The notes under the pieces: model-generated
Databases searched by the model: none
The model's input: only the letters and a program-made list of their open reading frames with translations
Told to the model about the DNA's origin: nothing
Made by a program: the position numbers and the translations under genes
Part shown: positions 33,597 to 42,410 of the stretch, piece by piece
How the letters are laid out: every line of letters starts with the position of its first letter
How positions within the stretch are numbered: position 1 is the stretch's first letter
IMG/VR virus record: IMGVR_UViG_2860209820_000001
Length of the DNA stretch: 64,000 nucleotides
Source of the DNA: a virus
Direction: 5' to 3' (one strand)

Positions 33597-35093
33597 ATGA
33601 ACCTGCTTGATCGGGCGATCGAATACGTGTCGCCCAAGGCGGGGTTGCGGCGGCAGCGGGCGCGTGTCCAGTCGGACATTCTGCGCCGTGGCTACAGCGC
33701 GACAAGACCGAGCCGGGCAAACGGCGGCTGGGTCAGGGCGGGCACTTCAGCGGACGCAGAGATCGGCGCCGCGGCTGACAAGCTGCGGGCCATTCAGCGC
33801 GACCTCAACCGCAACAACCCGACCGCCGCCAAGGCTGTCACCGCCTGGGTGAACAACCTGGTCGGCCCCGGCATCGTGCCGCGGGCCAACACGGGCGATG
33901 CCGAACAGGACAAGATCGTCAACGATCTCTGGGACGAGTTCTCAAAGGTCGCTGATGCAGATGCCGGCTCGGATGTGTATGGCCTTCAGGCTCTGGCGGC
34001 GCGCGAGATGGTGGAGGGCGGCGACGCGCTCATCCGCCGCCGTCCTCGGAAGGCGCGCGACGGTCTGCCTGTCGCGATGCAGCTTGAGGTGCTGACGGCC
34101 GACTACTTCGACTCCTCGGTCACGCAGAGCCCGGCAGGGCGTGAGGTGATGCAGGGGATCGAGTTGGATGCCCTCAACCGCCGTGTTGCCTATTGGCTCT
34201 ACAACAAGCATCCCGGCGACGCGTACCGCATTGGTCGGAACGATCTGAAGTCGCGTGCCGTCGCTGCCCAAGAGGTTACGCACCTCTATTGGCGCGAGGC
34301 CAAGCAACTCCGCGGCGTTCCGTGGGGTGTTTCAGCAATGGAGCACCTGCGAGACCTCGCCGATTACGAGCATGCGGAATTGCTTCGGAAGAAGCTGGAA
34401 GCTTGCGCCGTCGGCGTGGTTTCCGACTTGGAGGAGGGGACAGGCGCCAACGGCGAACCGATCGTCGGAACAAGCGCGATCGTTGACGGCACCGGCCAGA
34501 TGGTCGATCGCTTCGAGCCCGGCATGTTCGTGCATGCCCGCGGCGGACGGTCGGTGACGTTCAACCAGCCTCATGCGGTCGGTGGGTACTATGAATACAA
34601 GCGGGCCATGCTGCGGACGATCGCGGCGGGCTACAGGCTGCCGTACGAGATCCTGTCCGGCGACCTGGAGAACGTGAACTATTCGAGCATCCGGGCCGGG
34701 TTTCTGGAGTTCCGCCGCTTGGTCGAGTCGCTACAGTGGCAGGTTTTGATCCCGCTCATGTGCGAGCCGATGTGGCGCTGGTTCTGCGACGTCGCTTATC
34801 TCGAGGGAAGGATCAACTCGCCGAATGTTCCGGTGATCTGGACGCCGCCTCGATTTGAGTCGATCGACCCGCTCAAGGATGTCACCGCTGATGTCATGGA
34901 AGTGCGCGCCGGCCTGACGAGCATGACCGATGCCATCGCGAAACGCGGTTACAACGCCGACGACGTGCTGGCCTCAATCAAGTCGTGGAACGACAAGATC
35001 GACGCCGCTGAGATCATCCTCGACACCGATCCCCGCAGGGTCACCCACACGGGCGCGATGCAAGCCGCACTGACGCTGGCGACGAAGGACTAA
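33597..35093 (+). CDS. portal protein, lambda family
   Basis: RDLNRNNP, LRGVPW, GDLENVNYSSIRAG, IDPLKD. Confidence 0.95.
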   Translation: MNLLDRAIEYVSPKAGLRRQRARVQSDILRRGYSATRPSRANGGWVRAGTSADAEIGAAADKLRAIQRDLNRNNPTAAKAVTAWVNNLVGPGIVPRANTGDAEQDKIVNDLWDEFSKVADADAGSDVYGLQALAAREMVEGGDALIRRRPRKARDGLPVAMQLEVLTADYFDSSVTQSPAGREVMQGIELDALNRRVAYWLYNKHPGDAYRIGRNDLKSRAVAAQEVTHLYWREAKQLRGVPWGVSAMEHLRDLADYEHAELLRKKLEACAVGVVSDLEEGTGANGEPIVGTSAIVDGTGQMVDRFEPGMFVHARGGRSVTFNQPHAVGGYYEYKRAMLRTIAAGYRLPYEILSGDLENVNYSSIRAGFLEFRRLVESLQWQVLIPLMCEPMWRWFCDVAYLEGRINSPNVPVIWTPPRFESIDPLKDVTADVMEVRAGLTSMTDAIAKRGYNADDVLASIKSWNDKIDAAEIILDTDPRRVTHTGAMQAALTLATKD

Positions 35094-35094
35094 C

Positions 35095-37110
35095 ATGCAC
35101 AACACGATCGAGCTGCCCCGCCAGGTGCGGGGCGCCGAGGTGCGCGCGCAGAGCTTCAACGAAGAGGCGAACACGATCGATATCGTGTGGACCACTGGAG
35201 CTCGGGTGCGTCGCTACTCGTGGTCGGACGGGCCGTATGACGAGGAGCTTGAAGTCTCCGCGTCGGCCGTCCGGCTGGAGCGCCTGAATGCGGGCGCTCC
35301 CTTCCTGAACACGCACGATAGCTGGTCTTTGGAGAATGTGATCGGGAACGTCGTCCCCGGCACGGCTCGTATTGAGAATGGGCTTGGCGTTGCCAAGGTC
35401 CAACTCAGTAAGCGCGAAGACGCGGCCGGCATTGTTCAGGACATTCGAGACGGTGTGATCCGCAACATCTCCGTTGGCTACCGGATTCACCGCGTTCTGA
35501 AAGAAGAGAGCGACGATACTCAACCCGCTCTGTTCCGCGTGACTGACTGGGAGCCGCTGGAAATCTCCGCGGTGCCAATTCCCGCCGACCCAGGCGCGCA
35601 GATTCGCTCTGACGCCGGCACGAACACTGTGATCATCGAGCGCTCCGGCGCTTCTCTTGAGGGAGCCTCTATGGCTGACCAAAATACCGCCGCAGAGGCC
35701 ACTCGCGGCAACGACACTCCCGTCGCTCCGGTTGTTGAGCAGCGGGACGTAGCGGCCGAGCAGGCCCGCATTGACGCGGCTGTTGCAGAACGCGTCGAGC
35801 AGGCCATCTCTGACGAGGCCGAGCGCGTTGCCAAGATCACTGAGCTTGCGGCTCGTGCCCGCATGCCTGAGTTCGGCGCGGATCACGTTCGCAAGCGCAC
35901 TAGCCTGGCGAACTTCCGCGTGGCCTTGCTCGATGCGATCGCCGATCGCGACGATGGTGAGACGGCGCCGCGCGCGAGTGTTGGCGAGGAGCACCATGAG
36001 AAGCGCGCAGCGCTGATGCAGTCCGCGCTGCTCCACCGTGCCGACCCCGCGGCGCCGTTGGCCGATGGCGCGCGTGAGTATCGCGGCTTTTCGCTGATGG
36101 ACATGGCCCGCGAGGCGCTCGAGGTTCGTGGCATTCGCACCCGCGGCATGTCGCGTAACGAGATCGCCGGCGCGGCGCTTGCGCAGCGCTCCGGTTACGG
36201 CTCGACCTCGGACTTCCCGATCATCCTCGGCAACGTCGTGAACACGACCCTGCGCGCCGGCTATGAGGCGGCGGGCCAGACCTTCCGGCCGCTTGTCCGC
36301 GAAGTCACCGTTTCCGACTTCAAGGCGGTGAACCGGGCGCAGCTCGGCGAGGGTCCGGCCTTCGACAAGGTCAACGAGAGCGGCGAGTACAAGCGCGGGT
36401 CTCTGGCCGAGGGTAAGGAATCGTACAAGATCGCGACCTACGGCAAGGTGATCGCGATCACCCGCCAGGTCATTGTCAACGATGACATGAATGCCTTCGG
36501 GCGCATTCCGCAGCTTATGGGCGGCGCCGCTGCCCAGCTTGAGAGTGACCTCGTTTGGGCGCAGATCCTTGGCAACCCGACCATGGGCGATGGGACCGCG
36601 CTGTTCCATGCGAACCACGGCAACCTGCCCACGGCCGCGGCCTTCGACATTGCGCCGCTGGGCCTTGCCCGTGCGGCGATGGCGAAGCAGACCGGTCTTG
36701 ACGGCAAAACCGTTCTGAACATCCGCCCGATGTATCTGATCGTCCCGGTGGCTCTGGAGACGACTGCGGAGCAGAAGCTCAAGTCCGTGTTCTATCCGGA
36801 TACCTCCGCCGGCGTGGCAACCAACTCGATGAAGAAGCTTGAGATCATTGTCGAGGCTCGCCTCGACAATGGTATCGCCAAGGGCGCGGCCACCCCGAGC
36901 AACATCGCGGGCTCCGCGACCGCCTGGTATCTGGCGGCTTCGCCAGCCCAGATCGACACTGTTGAGCTTGCCTATCTCGAGGGCAATCGCGGTCTCTATA
37001 TCGAGAGCCGCCAGGGCTTCGAGGTCGATGGCCTCGAGGTGAAGGCCCGCCTTGATGTCGGTGCCAAGACAATGGAACACCGCGGCTTGCTCAAGAACGC
37101 TGGCGCGTAA
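35095..37110 (+). CDS. prohead protease / major capsid protein fusion
   Basis: Protease motifs PFLNTHD, NISVGY, WEPLEISAVPIPAD; capsid motifs STSDFPIIL, VSDFK, ITRQVIVNDD. Confidence 0.9.
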   Translation: MHNTIELPRQVRGAEVRAQSFNEEANTIDIVWTTGARVRRYSWSDGPYDEELEVSASAVRLERLNAGAPFLNTHDSWSLENVIGNVVPGTARIENGLGVAKVQLSKREDAAGIVQDIRDGVIRNISVGYRIHRVLKEESDDTQPALFRVTDWEPLEISAVPIPADPGAQIRSDAGTNTVIIERSGASLEGASMADQNTAAEATRGNDTPVAPVVEQRDVAAEQARIDAAVAERVEQAISDEAERVAKITELAARARMPEFGADHVRKRTSLANFRVALLDAIADRDDGETAPRASVGEEHHEKRAALMQSALLHRADPAAPLADGAREYRGFSLMDMAREALEVRGIRTRGMSRNEIAGAALAQRSGYGSTSDFPIILGNVVNTTLRAGYEAAGQTFRPLVREVTVSDFKAVNRAQLGEGPAFDKVNESGEYKRGSLAEGKESYKIATYGKVIAITRQVIVNDDMNAFGRIPQLMGGAAAQLESDLVWAQILGNPTMGDGTALFHANHGNLPTAAAFDIAPLGLARAAMAKQTGLDGKTVLNIRPMYLIVPVALETTAEQKLKSVFYPDTSAGVATNSMKKLEIIVEARLDNGIAKGAATPSNIAGSATAWYLAASPAQIDTVELAYLEGNRGLYIESRQGFEVDGLEVKARLDVGAKTMEHRGLLKNAGA

Positions 37111-37116
37111 GGTACG

Positions 37117-37140
37117 GGGGGCGCTTCGGCGCCCCCTCTT
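37117..37140 (+). terminator. hairpin after the capsid gene
   Basis: gggggcgc-ttcg-gcgccccc followed by tctt. Confidence 0.55.
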
Positions 37141-37161
37141 CCTCGAGGAGGGATTTTTTTT

Positions 37162-37497
37162 ATGAAGAACTACATCCAGCCGGGCGACACCCTGACGTTG
37201 CCGGCACCCTACGCGGTGGCCTCCGGCGACGGCGCCCTGGTCGGCACGCTTTTTGGCGTCGCCACCGGAACCTACGCCAACGCCGAAGAGGGCGAGTTCA
37301 AGACGAACGGCGTCTTCGACCTGAAAAAGAAGGCCTCGCAGGCCTGGACGGTCGGCGCGGCCATCTACTGGGACAATACGAACAAGGAAGCCACAACAAC
37401 CTCGACCGACAACACCAAGATCGGTGTTGCACTGGTCGCCGTAGGCAGCGGCGCCGGCGAGCTCGTCGGTCGCGTCCGCCTGAACGGCGCGTTCTGA
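37162..37497 (+). CDS. DUF2190 family capsid cement protein
   Basis: MKNYIQPGDTLTL...GVFDLKK...VGAAIYWD. Confidence 0.9.
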   Translation: MKNYIQPGDTLTLPAPYAVASGDGALVGTLFGVATGTYANAEEGEFKTNGVFDLKKKASQAWTVGAAIYWDNTNKEATTTSTDNTKIGVALVAVGSGAGELVGRVRLNGAF

Positions 37498-37697
37498 TGA
37501 GTAAGACTGCTGCAGCTGTAGCGGTCCTTGAAGCGCGCGGGGTTCGGGTTTGGCGCCCCATGCGCTCTATTGCACTGCTGGATGACGCCAATCCCCGCAA
37601 GTGGAATCACGGTGAAGGCGACGTGCGGGAGTATCTGAAGCTCCTTGCCCTCCCGTACGCCGGCCTATGGCCGGTCATCAACGCCATCCTCGCTTAA
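37497..37697 (+). CDS. hypothetical protein
   Basis: Coupled ORF. Confidence 0.45.
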   Translation: MSKTAAAVAVLEARGVRVWRPMRSIALLDDANPRKWNHGEGDVREYLKLLALPYAGLWPVINAILA

Positions 37698-37709
37698 GGA
37701 AACGCCGGC

Positions 37710-38117
37710 ATGTCCCTGTTCCAACGAATCGAGCGACGTGCCGGCGCCACCGTAGACCATGCCCACGCCGAGTGGCTGGTGTGCATGGCCAAGGGCGACG
37801 CCCGCAAGACGGTTGGCGCCAGCGCCCCCGGCACTACGACCCGCCCCGACCTGCGATTCAAGGCGCTGTTCTTCACGAACAGCGGCGAGAAGGATCTGAG
37901 CGGCGAGACGCTCGACGGCCGCTGGCAGACGCAACTTCCGTATTGCGACGCCAGGGTCGACGTTCGGCCGGAAGCGATCCCGGAGGGGTACGCCTTCCGG
38001 GAAGGTGACCGCATTGTCGCCGAGGATCGGCCTGGCAGCCCGTCGTTCGAGATCGCCCGCGTTGACCGGGTTGGCCTTGGGCGGATCTCGCTGCGGCTCA
38101 ACATCATAGGTGGCTGA
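37710..38117 (+). CDS. head-tail joining / closure protein
   Basis: Position; FREGDRI beta-barrel pattern. Confidence 0.6.
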   Translation: MSLFQRIERRAGATVDHAHAEWLVCMAKGDARKTVGASAPGTTTRPDLRFKALFFTNSGEKDLSGETLDGRWQTQLPYCDARVDVRPEAIPEGYAFREGDRIVAEDRPGSPSFEIARVDRVGLGRISLRLNIIGG

Positions 38118-38887
38118 TGCTGTCACGCCTGGCCCTGCGGACGCTGGCGGTCCTGGCCCTGCGCGGGAAGACGTGGGCTGGGGATGAGGTCTACGACTCG
38201 TCCTTGGCGGCGATTGACCAGATCGAGCCGGGCGAAAAGCGTCCGTTCATATCGGTCTATGTCGATGATGCCACGTACGAACCGCAGGCATCCGACATCA
38301 TGACAGCGCCGTGCGCCGCGTCACTCGTCCTCGAGATCGGAGTGACGGCCAGGATGCGGGATGAGAATGGCGAGACTCTGTGGGGCGTTCCGTTGACGGA
38401 CGCGGGCATGGAGGCGTCGCTGGACGTCATCGAGCGGCAGGTTATGCGGACGCTGTCCCAGGATCCCGCGCCGTGGTCGGAAATGTACCGCCGGTTTGTG
38501 TCCCGTACGAAGAAGCGCACATCGACGCGAGGCGCGTCGTCGGAGAAGGGCATCAGGTTCGCCGGGCGGCAAATCACCCTCGACGTGGACTTGTTCAGGG
38601 ATCCAGCATTCGGCGGCCCACCGGGTCCGTTGTGGACGGATCTGATTGCCGCGTTTGAGCAGGATCCTGACTTGGCAGGCACTGCCGAAATCTTTCGCGC
38701 GGCCATCGCCGAAGACGCTGGGCTGCACGATTGGCAGCGCGTTCGCGGCTATCTCGGGTTGACGCTCGATCAGGCTCGCGCATTGCAGATCGCACCGCCA
38801 GAGCCGGCCGAGGACACATCGCCTCCTTTGCTGCATGTCACGGCGCCCGGCGCCGAGCCGGAGCCCCCGACCTATGAGCTTCCGTGA
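38117..38887 (+). CDS. tail terminator / neck protein
   Basis: Position between head completion and baseplate genes. Confidence 0.55.
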   Translation: MLSRLALRTLAVLALRGKTWAGDEVYDSSLAAIDQIEPGEKRPFISVYVDDATYEPQASDIMTAPCAASLVLEIGVTARMRDENGETLWGVPLTDAGMEASLDVIERQVMRTLSQDPAPWSEMYRRFVSRTKKRTSTRGASSEKGIRFAGRQITLDVDLFRDPAFGGPPGPLWTDLIAAFEQDPDLAGTAEIFRAAIAEDAGLHDWQRVRGYLGLTLDQARALQIAPPEPAEDTSPPLLHVTAPGAEPEPPTYELP

Positions 38888-39365
38888 CCTGACGCGGGCG
38901 GTGCTGGACATCCAGTTCCGCCTTGCTGAGATCGAGCGCCGCGGTCGAAATGCCAACCGCATTGGCACGATCGCGTCCGATGAGGACATCGACGCCGAGA
39001 AGGGGCTAGCGCGGGTTACGCTGGCTGACAAGGACGGTAAGACCTACAAGTCCGGCTGGTTGCCATGGAGCGAGCAGTCGGCCGGCGCGACCAAGACGCA
39101 CTTCCCCCCCAGCAAAGGGCAGCAAGTGCGGGTACGCTCGCAGAACGGCGAACTGTCCGACGCCGAGATCGAGCTCAGCGTCCCGTCCGACACGAACACG
39201 CGAGCATCCAAAAAGGCCGATGAGAACGTCATCCTCGATCGAGGCAAGACGCGCATTGCCGTCAGCGACGGCGGTGACACCGTCACGCTGTCGTGCGGCG
39301 CCTCGTCCATCACGATCACGGATGGCGAGATCCGCCTGAAGGCTCCCAAGATTCATCTGAACTGA
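38874..39365 (+). CDS. baseplate spike protein gpV
   Basis: KSGWLPWSEQSAG...FPPSKGQQV. Confidence 0.9.
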   Translation: MSFRDLTRAVLDIQFRLAEIERRGRNANRIGTIASDEDIDAEKGLARVTLADKDGKTYKSGWLPWSEQSAGATKTHFPPSKGQQVRVRSQNGELSDAEIELSVPSDTNTRASKKADENVILDRGKTRIAVSDGGDTVTLSCGASSITITDGEIRLKAPKIHLN

Positions 39366-39375
39366 GGCGCAACGC

Positions 39376-39645
39376 ATGCCTGGAATTGCCCGGCGTCCGA
39401 CGGACGCGGCCGGCGGCAACCACATGTCTGGTGCCCAGCACACGGTCTTCGCGGAGGGCGCGGAAGTGGTCGTGCTCGGCGACCTGGTGCAGCCGCACGG
39501 GCCGCCGCCGCATAGTCCGCCACCGGCCATGGTGGAAGCGTCAAGCACCGTCTTCATCAACGGAATCCCGATCTGCCGGGCCGGCCATCTGGCCTCGTGC
39601 GGACACGCAACAACCGGTTCAAGCACCGTCTTTCACGAGGGCTGA
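39376..39645 (+). CDS. PAAR domain spike tip protein
   Basis: VFINGIPICRAGHLASCGHATTGSSTVF. Confidence 0.9.
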   Translation: MPGIARRPTDAAGGNHMSGAQHTVFAEGAEVVVLGDLVQPHGPPPHSPPPAMVEASSTVFINGIPICRAGHLASCGHATTGSSTVFHEG

Positions 39646-39646
39646 C

Positions 39647-39811
39647 ATGGAAAAGCAACGCTACGAAGTCCTGAAAGAGGGCTTCCTGAACAACGCCTAC
39701 AAGAAGGCCGGCGATATCGTCCGCATGACCGAGGCCGAAGCGAAATACTTCCTGCCTCCGCATGACGATCGGCTCGCTCCCGCCAAGCCCGCCAAGCCAA
39801 AGAAGGCGTAA
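39647..39811 (+). CDS. small hypothetical virion protein
   Basis: YKKAGDIVRMTEAEAKY. Confidence 0.55.
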   Translation: MEKQRYEVLKEGFLNNAYKKAGDIVRMTEAEAKYFLPPHDDRLAPAKPAKPKKA

Positions 39812-39814
39812 GGG

Positions 39815-40204
39815 ATGGGAAGCGCCGGCTTCGATCGGCGCACTGGCAAGGTTCTGCGGGACTGGGACCACACGCGCCAATCCATCGAGATCATCCTCAC
39901 CACCCCAAAATACACGCGCGTGATGCGCCGCCTGTTCGGCGCAGACCTACAGTCCCTGATCGACGCGCCGATGAATCCGCGTGTGATCCTGGCTGCCTTT
40001 GTCGCTATCGCCGAGGCATTGGAGCCGCGCGAGGTCGAGGGCTTTCAGCTAGGCGAGCCCCGCTTTCGGCTGGTCAGCGTGAAGGTGGCTGACGCGCAAC
40101 AGGATGGGCGGATCACGTTCGAGCTTACAGGCACCTATTTCCCGAACGGGCATCTGGGTGACTTCACGACCGGCAACGAGCGGGTCGCCTCCGTTTCCGT
40201 GTGA
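39815..40204 (+). CDS. baseplate wedge gpW/gp25 family
   Basis: QSIEIILTTPKYTRVMRRLFG...EPRFRL. Confidence 0.9.
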   Translation: MGSAGFDRRTGKVLRDWDHTRQSIEIILTTPKYTRVMRRLFGADLQSLIDAPMNPRVILAAFVAIAEALEPREVEGFQLGEPRFRLVSVKVADAQQDGRITFELTGTYFPNGHLGDFTTGNERVASVSV

Positions 40205-41139
40205 GGTTTTCCATGAGCCGCTTTTCGGCGTCGACGCTCGATCTGTCGCGCATCGACAAGAGCACGCTGTTCGACCCCCTGTCGTTCGAGACCTTCCGGC
40301 AGGAGCGCATCGACGACCTGAAGGCGCGGCTCGAGGCCGCCGGGATGGAGTGGGACACGTTCTCGCTTGAGGACGACTCGAACATCCCCCTGCAGGAGAC
40401 TGGCGCGCTGCGCGAGATGTTCGTCTCGCAGCAGATCCGCGACGTTGCCTACAACCTGACCCTCGCTTTCGCGAAGGGCGTCTGGCTCGATCGGCTGGGC
40501 GACCAGCACGGCACGGCGCGCATGCCGCTGGTAGCGGAGCCTCGCGACTTCGCAACCAATCCAGAAGATTGGGAATCCGACGACCGCTACCGCGGCCGCA
40601 TTCAGCTCGCGCCGGAAGGCTTTGCATCGTCTGGCACGCCCGGCGGGTATCTCTACCACGCGATGGCTGCTTCGATTGACGTGCGCGATGCGGCTGTCGT
40701 GGTCCGGAACAAGGGCAAACACGACCCCATCGTCGAGATGACGGTTCTATCGCGCCTCGCCAACGGCGAACCGTCTGCTGCGCTCACGCGCGCCGTCCGC
40801 TCGCGGTTGATGCGCGATGACATCAAGCTTCTGACGGATGCCTTGCGGGTGCGCCCCGCGCGCCCCGTGTCATATGCGGTGAAGGCAACCTTGCTCATCC
40901 CGCCTGGGCCGGATCCGGCCGTTATCAAGGCGAACGCGGTTGCTTCGGTCCAAGCCATGGGCGACCGCTACCGGCGCCTTGGCGGCGGCGTCCCGCATTC
41001 CGCGATCGTCGCGTCCTTGCATGTCGCGGGCGTCGACAGCGCCGTGCAGGTGATGCCGACACAGAGCGTCGAGACCCTGCGCTTCCAATATGGGTTGCTG
41101 ACGGGCGTCGATATCGCGGTGGAGGTGATGAGTGGCTGA
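40201..41139 (+). CDS. baseplate assembly protein J
   Basis: FAKGVWLDRLG, ESDDRYRGRIQLAPEGF. Confidence 0.9.
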   Translation: MRFSMSRFSASTLDLSRIDKSTLFDPLSFETFRQERIDDLKARLEAAGMEWDTFSLEDDSNIPLQETGALREMFVSQQIRDVAYNLTLAFAKGVWLDRLGDQHGTARMPLVAEPRDFATNPEDWESDDRYRGRIQLAPEGFASSGTPGGYLYHAMAASIDVRDAAVVVRNKGKHDPIVEMTVLSRLANGEPSAALTRAVRSRLMRDDIKLLTDALRVRPARPVSYAVKATLLIPPGPDPAVIKANAVASVQAMGDRYRRLGGGVPHSAIVASLHVAGVDSAVQVMPTQSVETLRFQYGLLTGVDIAVEVMSG

Positions 41140-42406
41140 TCCAGTCTCTCTACTCCCCGACCCGACGCCGTGGGAGTTGTCCCATGAACTAACCGACGCC
41201 CAGCGCTGGTCACTCCTCGATCCGCAGTGGATCGTGCGCCAGACGGATCCGATGACGTGTGATCCGTCGATGCTTCCGGTCATTGCCTGGGGACGCTCGG
41301 TCGATCTCTGGTACGAAGACTGGAGTCTGGAAAAGAAGCGCTACGTCGCTGCCAACTGGTACGCCTACGAGCGTCTGAAGGGCAAGGCCGAAGGTTTCCG
41401 GCGCTTCTATAGCCTGGTTGGCGTGAAGCTGCTCAAGGTCACGGCGCCGCCGCAGGGTGTCTATCCGAAGCGCGGCTGGACCGACGAGGAACGGCAACGC
41501 TACCTCGCCCAGTTTCAGCAGATCCGCATCTACCCCAAGGTTCCGGTCCGCGAGTTCCAGCGCGGCTTCTTTGTCGCCTCAGCGGCGAGGTCAAAGGCGT
41601 TCGTCGGCCGCGTCGCGCCGACCGCGCACAAGGTCACGATCGATACCGTTGTGCGCGAGGCGCGTCTTTACGATCCCACGTCGGGCCAGGAGACAACGCT
41701 CACTCGCCGCGAGGTGGCAAGTCAGACGGTTCACTTCGGGTCGGCCTATCGGTTCGAGGATATCGTCCTCCCGGCCAAGGACGGCGGCTTCTATGTCGGC
41801 GACCATCTGCGCAATCGCTACCTGCGTGGTGAGCGCGCGCCCGAACGAGTCATCCGAACCGAGATTCAGCGGCCTTACGGTGTCGCGGTCTCCCGGCCCC
41901 AGTGGTCGAGCGTTGTGCCAACCGGGCGGCTCATCTCGATCAAGCCCGACTTGATCCGCGAACGCTTCCAGGATCGCGGTTCCTTCATCGGACGCGCGTC
42001 TACGGGCAAGCGCACGGCGATCTATCCCAAGCGCGACAAGGCGTGGCAGCACGTCTACGAGCGCTTCTACCTCTACGATCGAACGCGCGATAAAGGCGTG
42101 TCGGCCGGCGAGCGAGGCTCCTATGTGGGCCGCTGCTATCTCGGGATGACGCCCTACACGGCGCGCATGAAGGTCGAGATCCGCGGCAAGCGCAAATCCC
42201 GCGAGTTCCGCGTTGGGCGCCCGCCTGGCCTTTATCTGAAAGCCGAAGATCGCAGGCTCCTTGACCGCTCGCTTGAGGCCACAAGGGCCGCCAAGTCGTT
42301 GCGCGACACGATCTTCCTCCAAACCCAGACCCGCCGCAATCGCCGCTTTGGCGACCGGATGACCTTTGGCGACCGGATTGTCTTCGGCGCGAAAGTGGAG
42401 ACATAG
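41132..42406 (+). CDS. tail protein I (P2 gpI-like) with extended C-terminus
   Basis: CDPSMLPVIAWGRSVDLWYEDW...KKR. Confidence 0.8.
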   Translation: MADPVSLLPDPTPWELSHELTDAQRWSLLDPQWIVRQTDPMTCDPSMLPVIAWGRSVDLWYEDWSLEKKRYVAANWYAYERLKGKAEGFRRFYSLVGVKLLKVTAPPQGVYPKRGWTDEERQRYLAQFQQIRIYPKVPVREFQRGFFVASAARSKAFVGRVAPTAHKVTIDTVVREARLYDPTSGQETTLTRREVASQTVHFGSAYRFEDIVLPAKDGGFYVGDHLRNRYLRGERAPERVIRTEIQRPYGVAVSRPQWSSVVPTGRLISIKPDLIRERFQDRGSFIGRASTGKRTAIYPKRDKAWQHVYERFYLYDRTRDKGVSAGERGSYVGRCYLGMTPYTARMKVEIRGKRKSREFRVGRPPGLYLKAEDRRLLDRSLEATRAAKSLRDTIFLQTQTRRNRRFGDRMTFGDRIVFGAKVET

Positions 42407-42410
42407 CCTC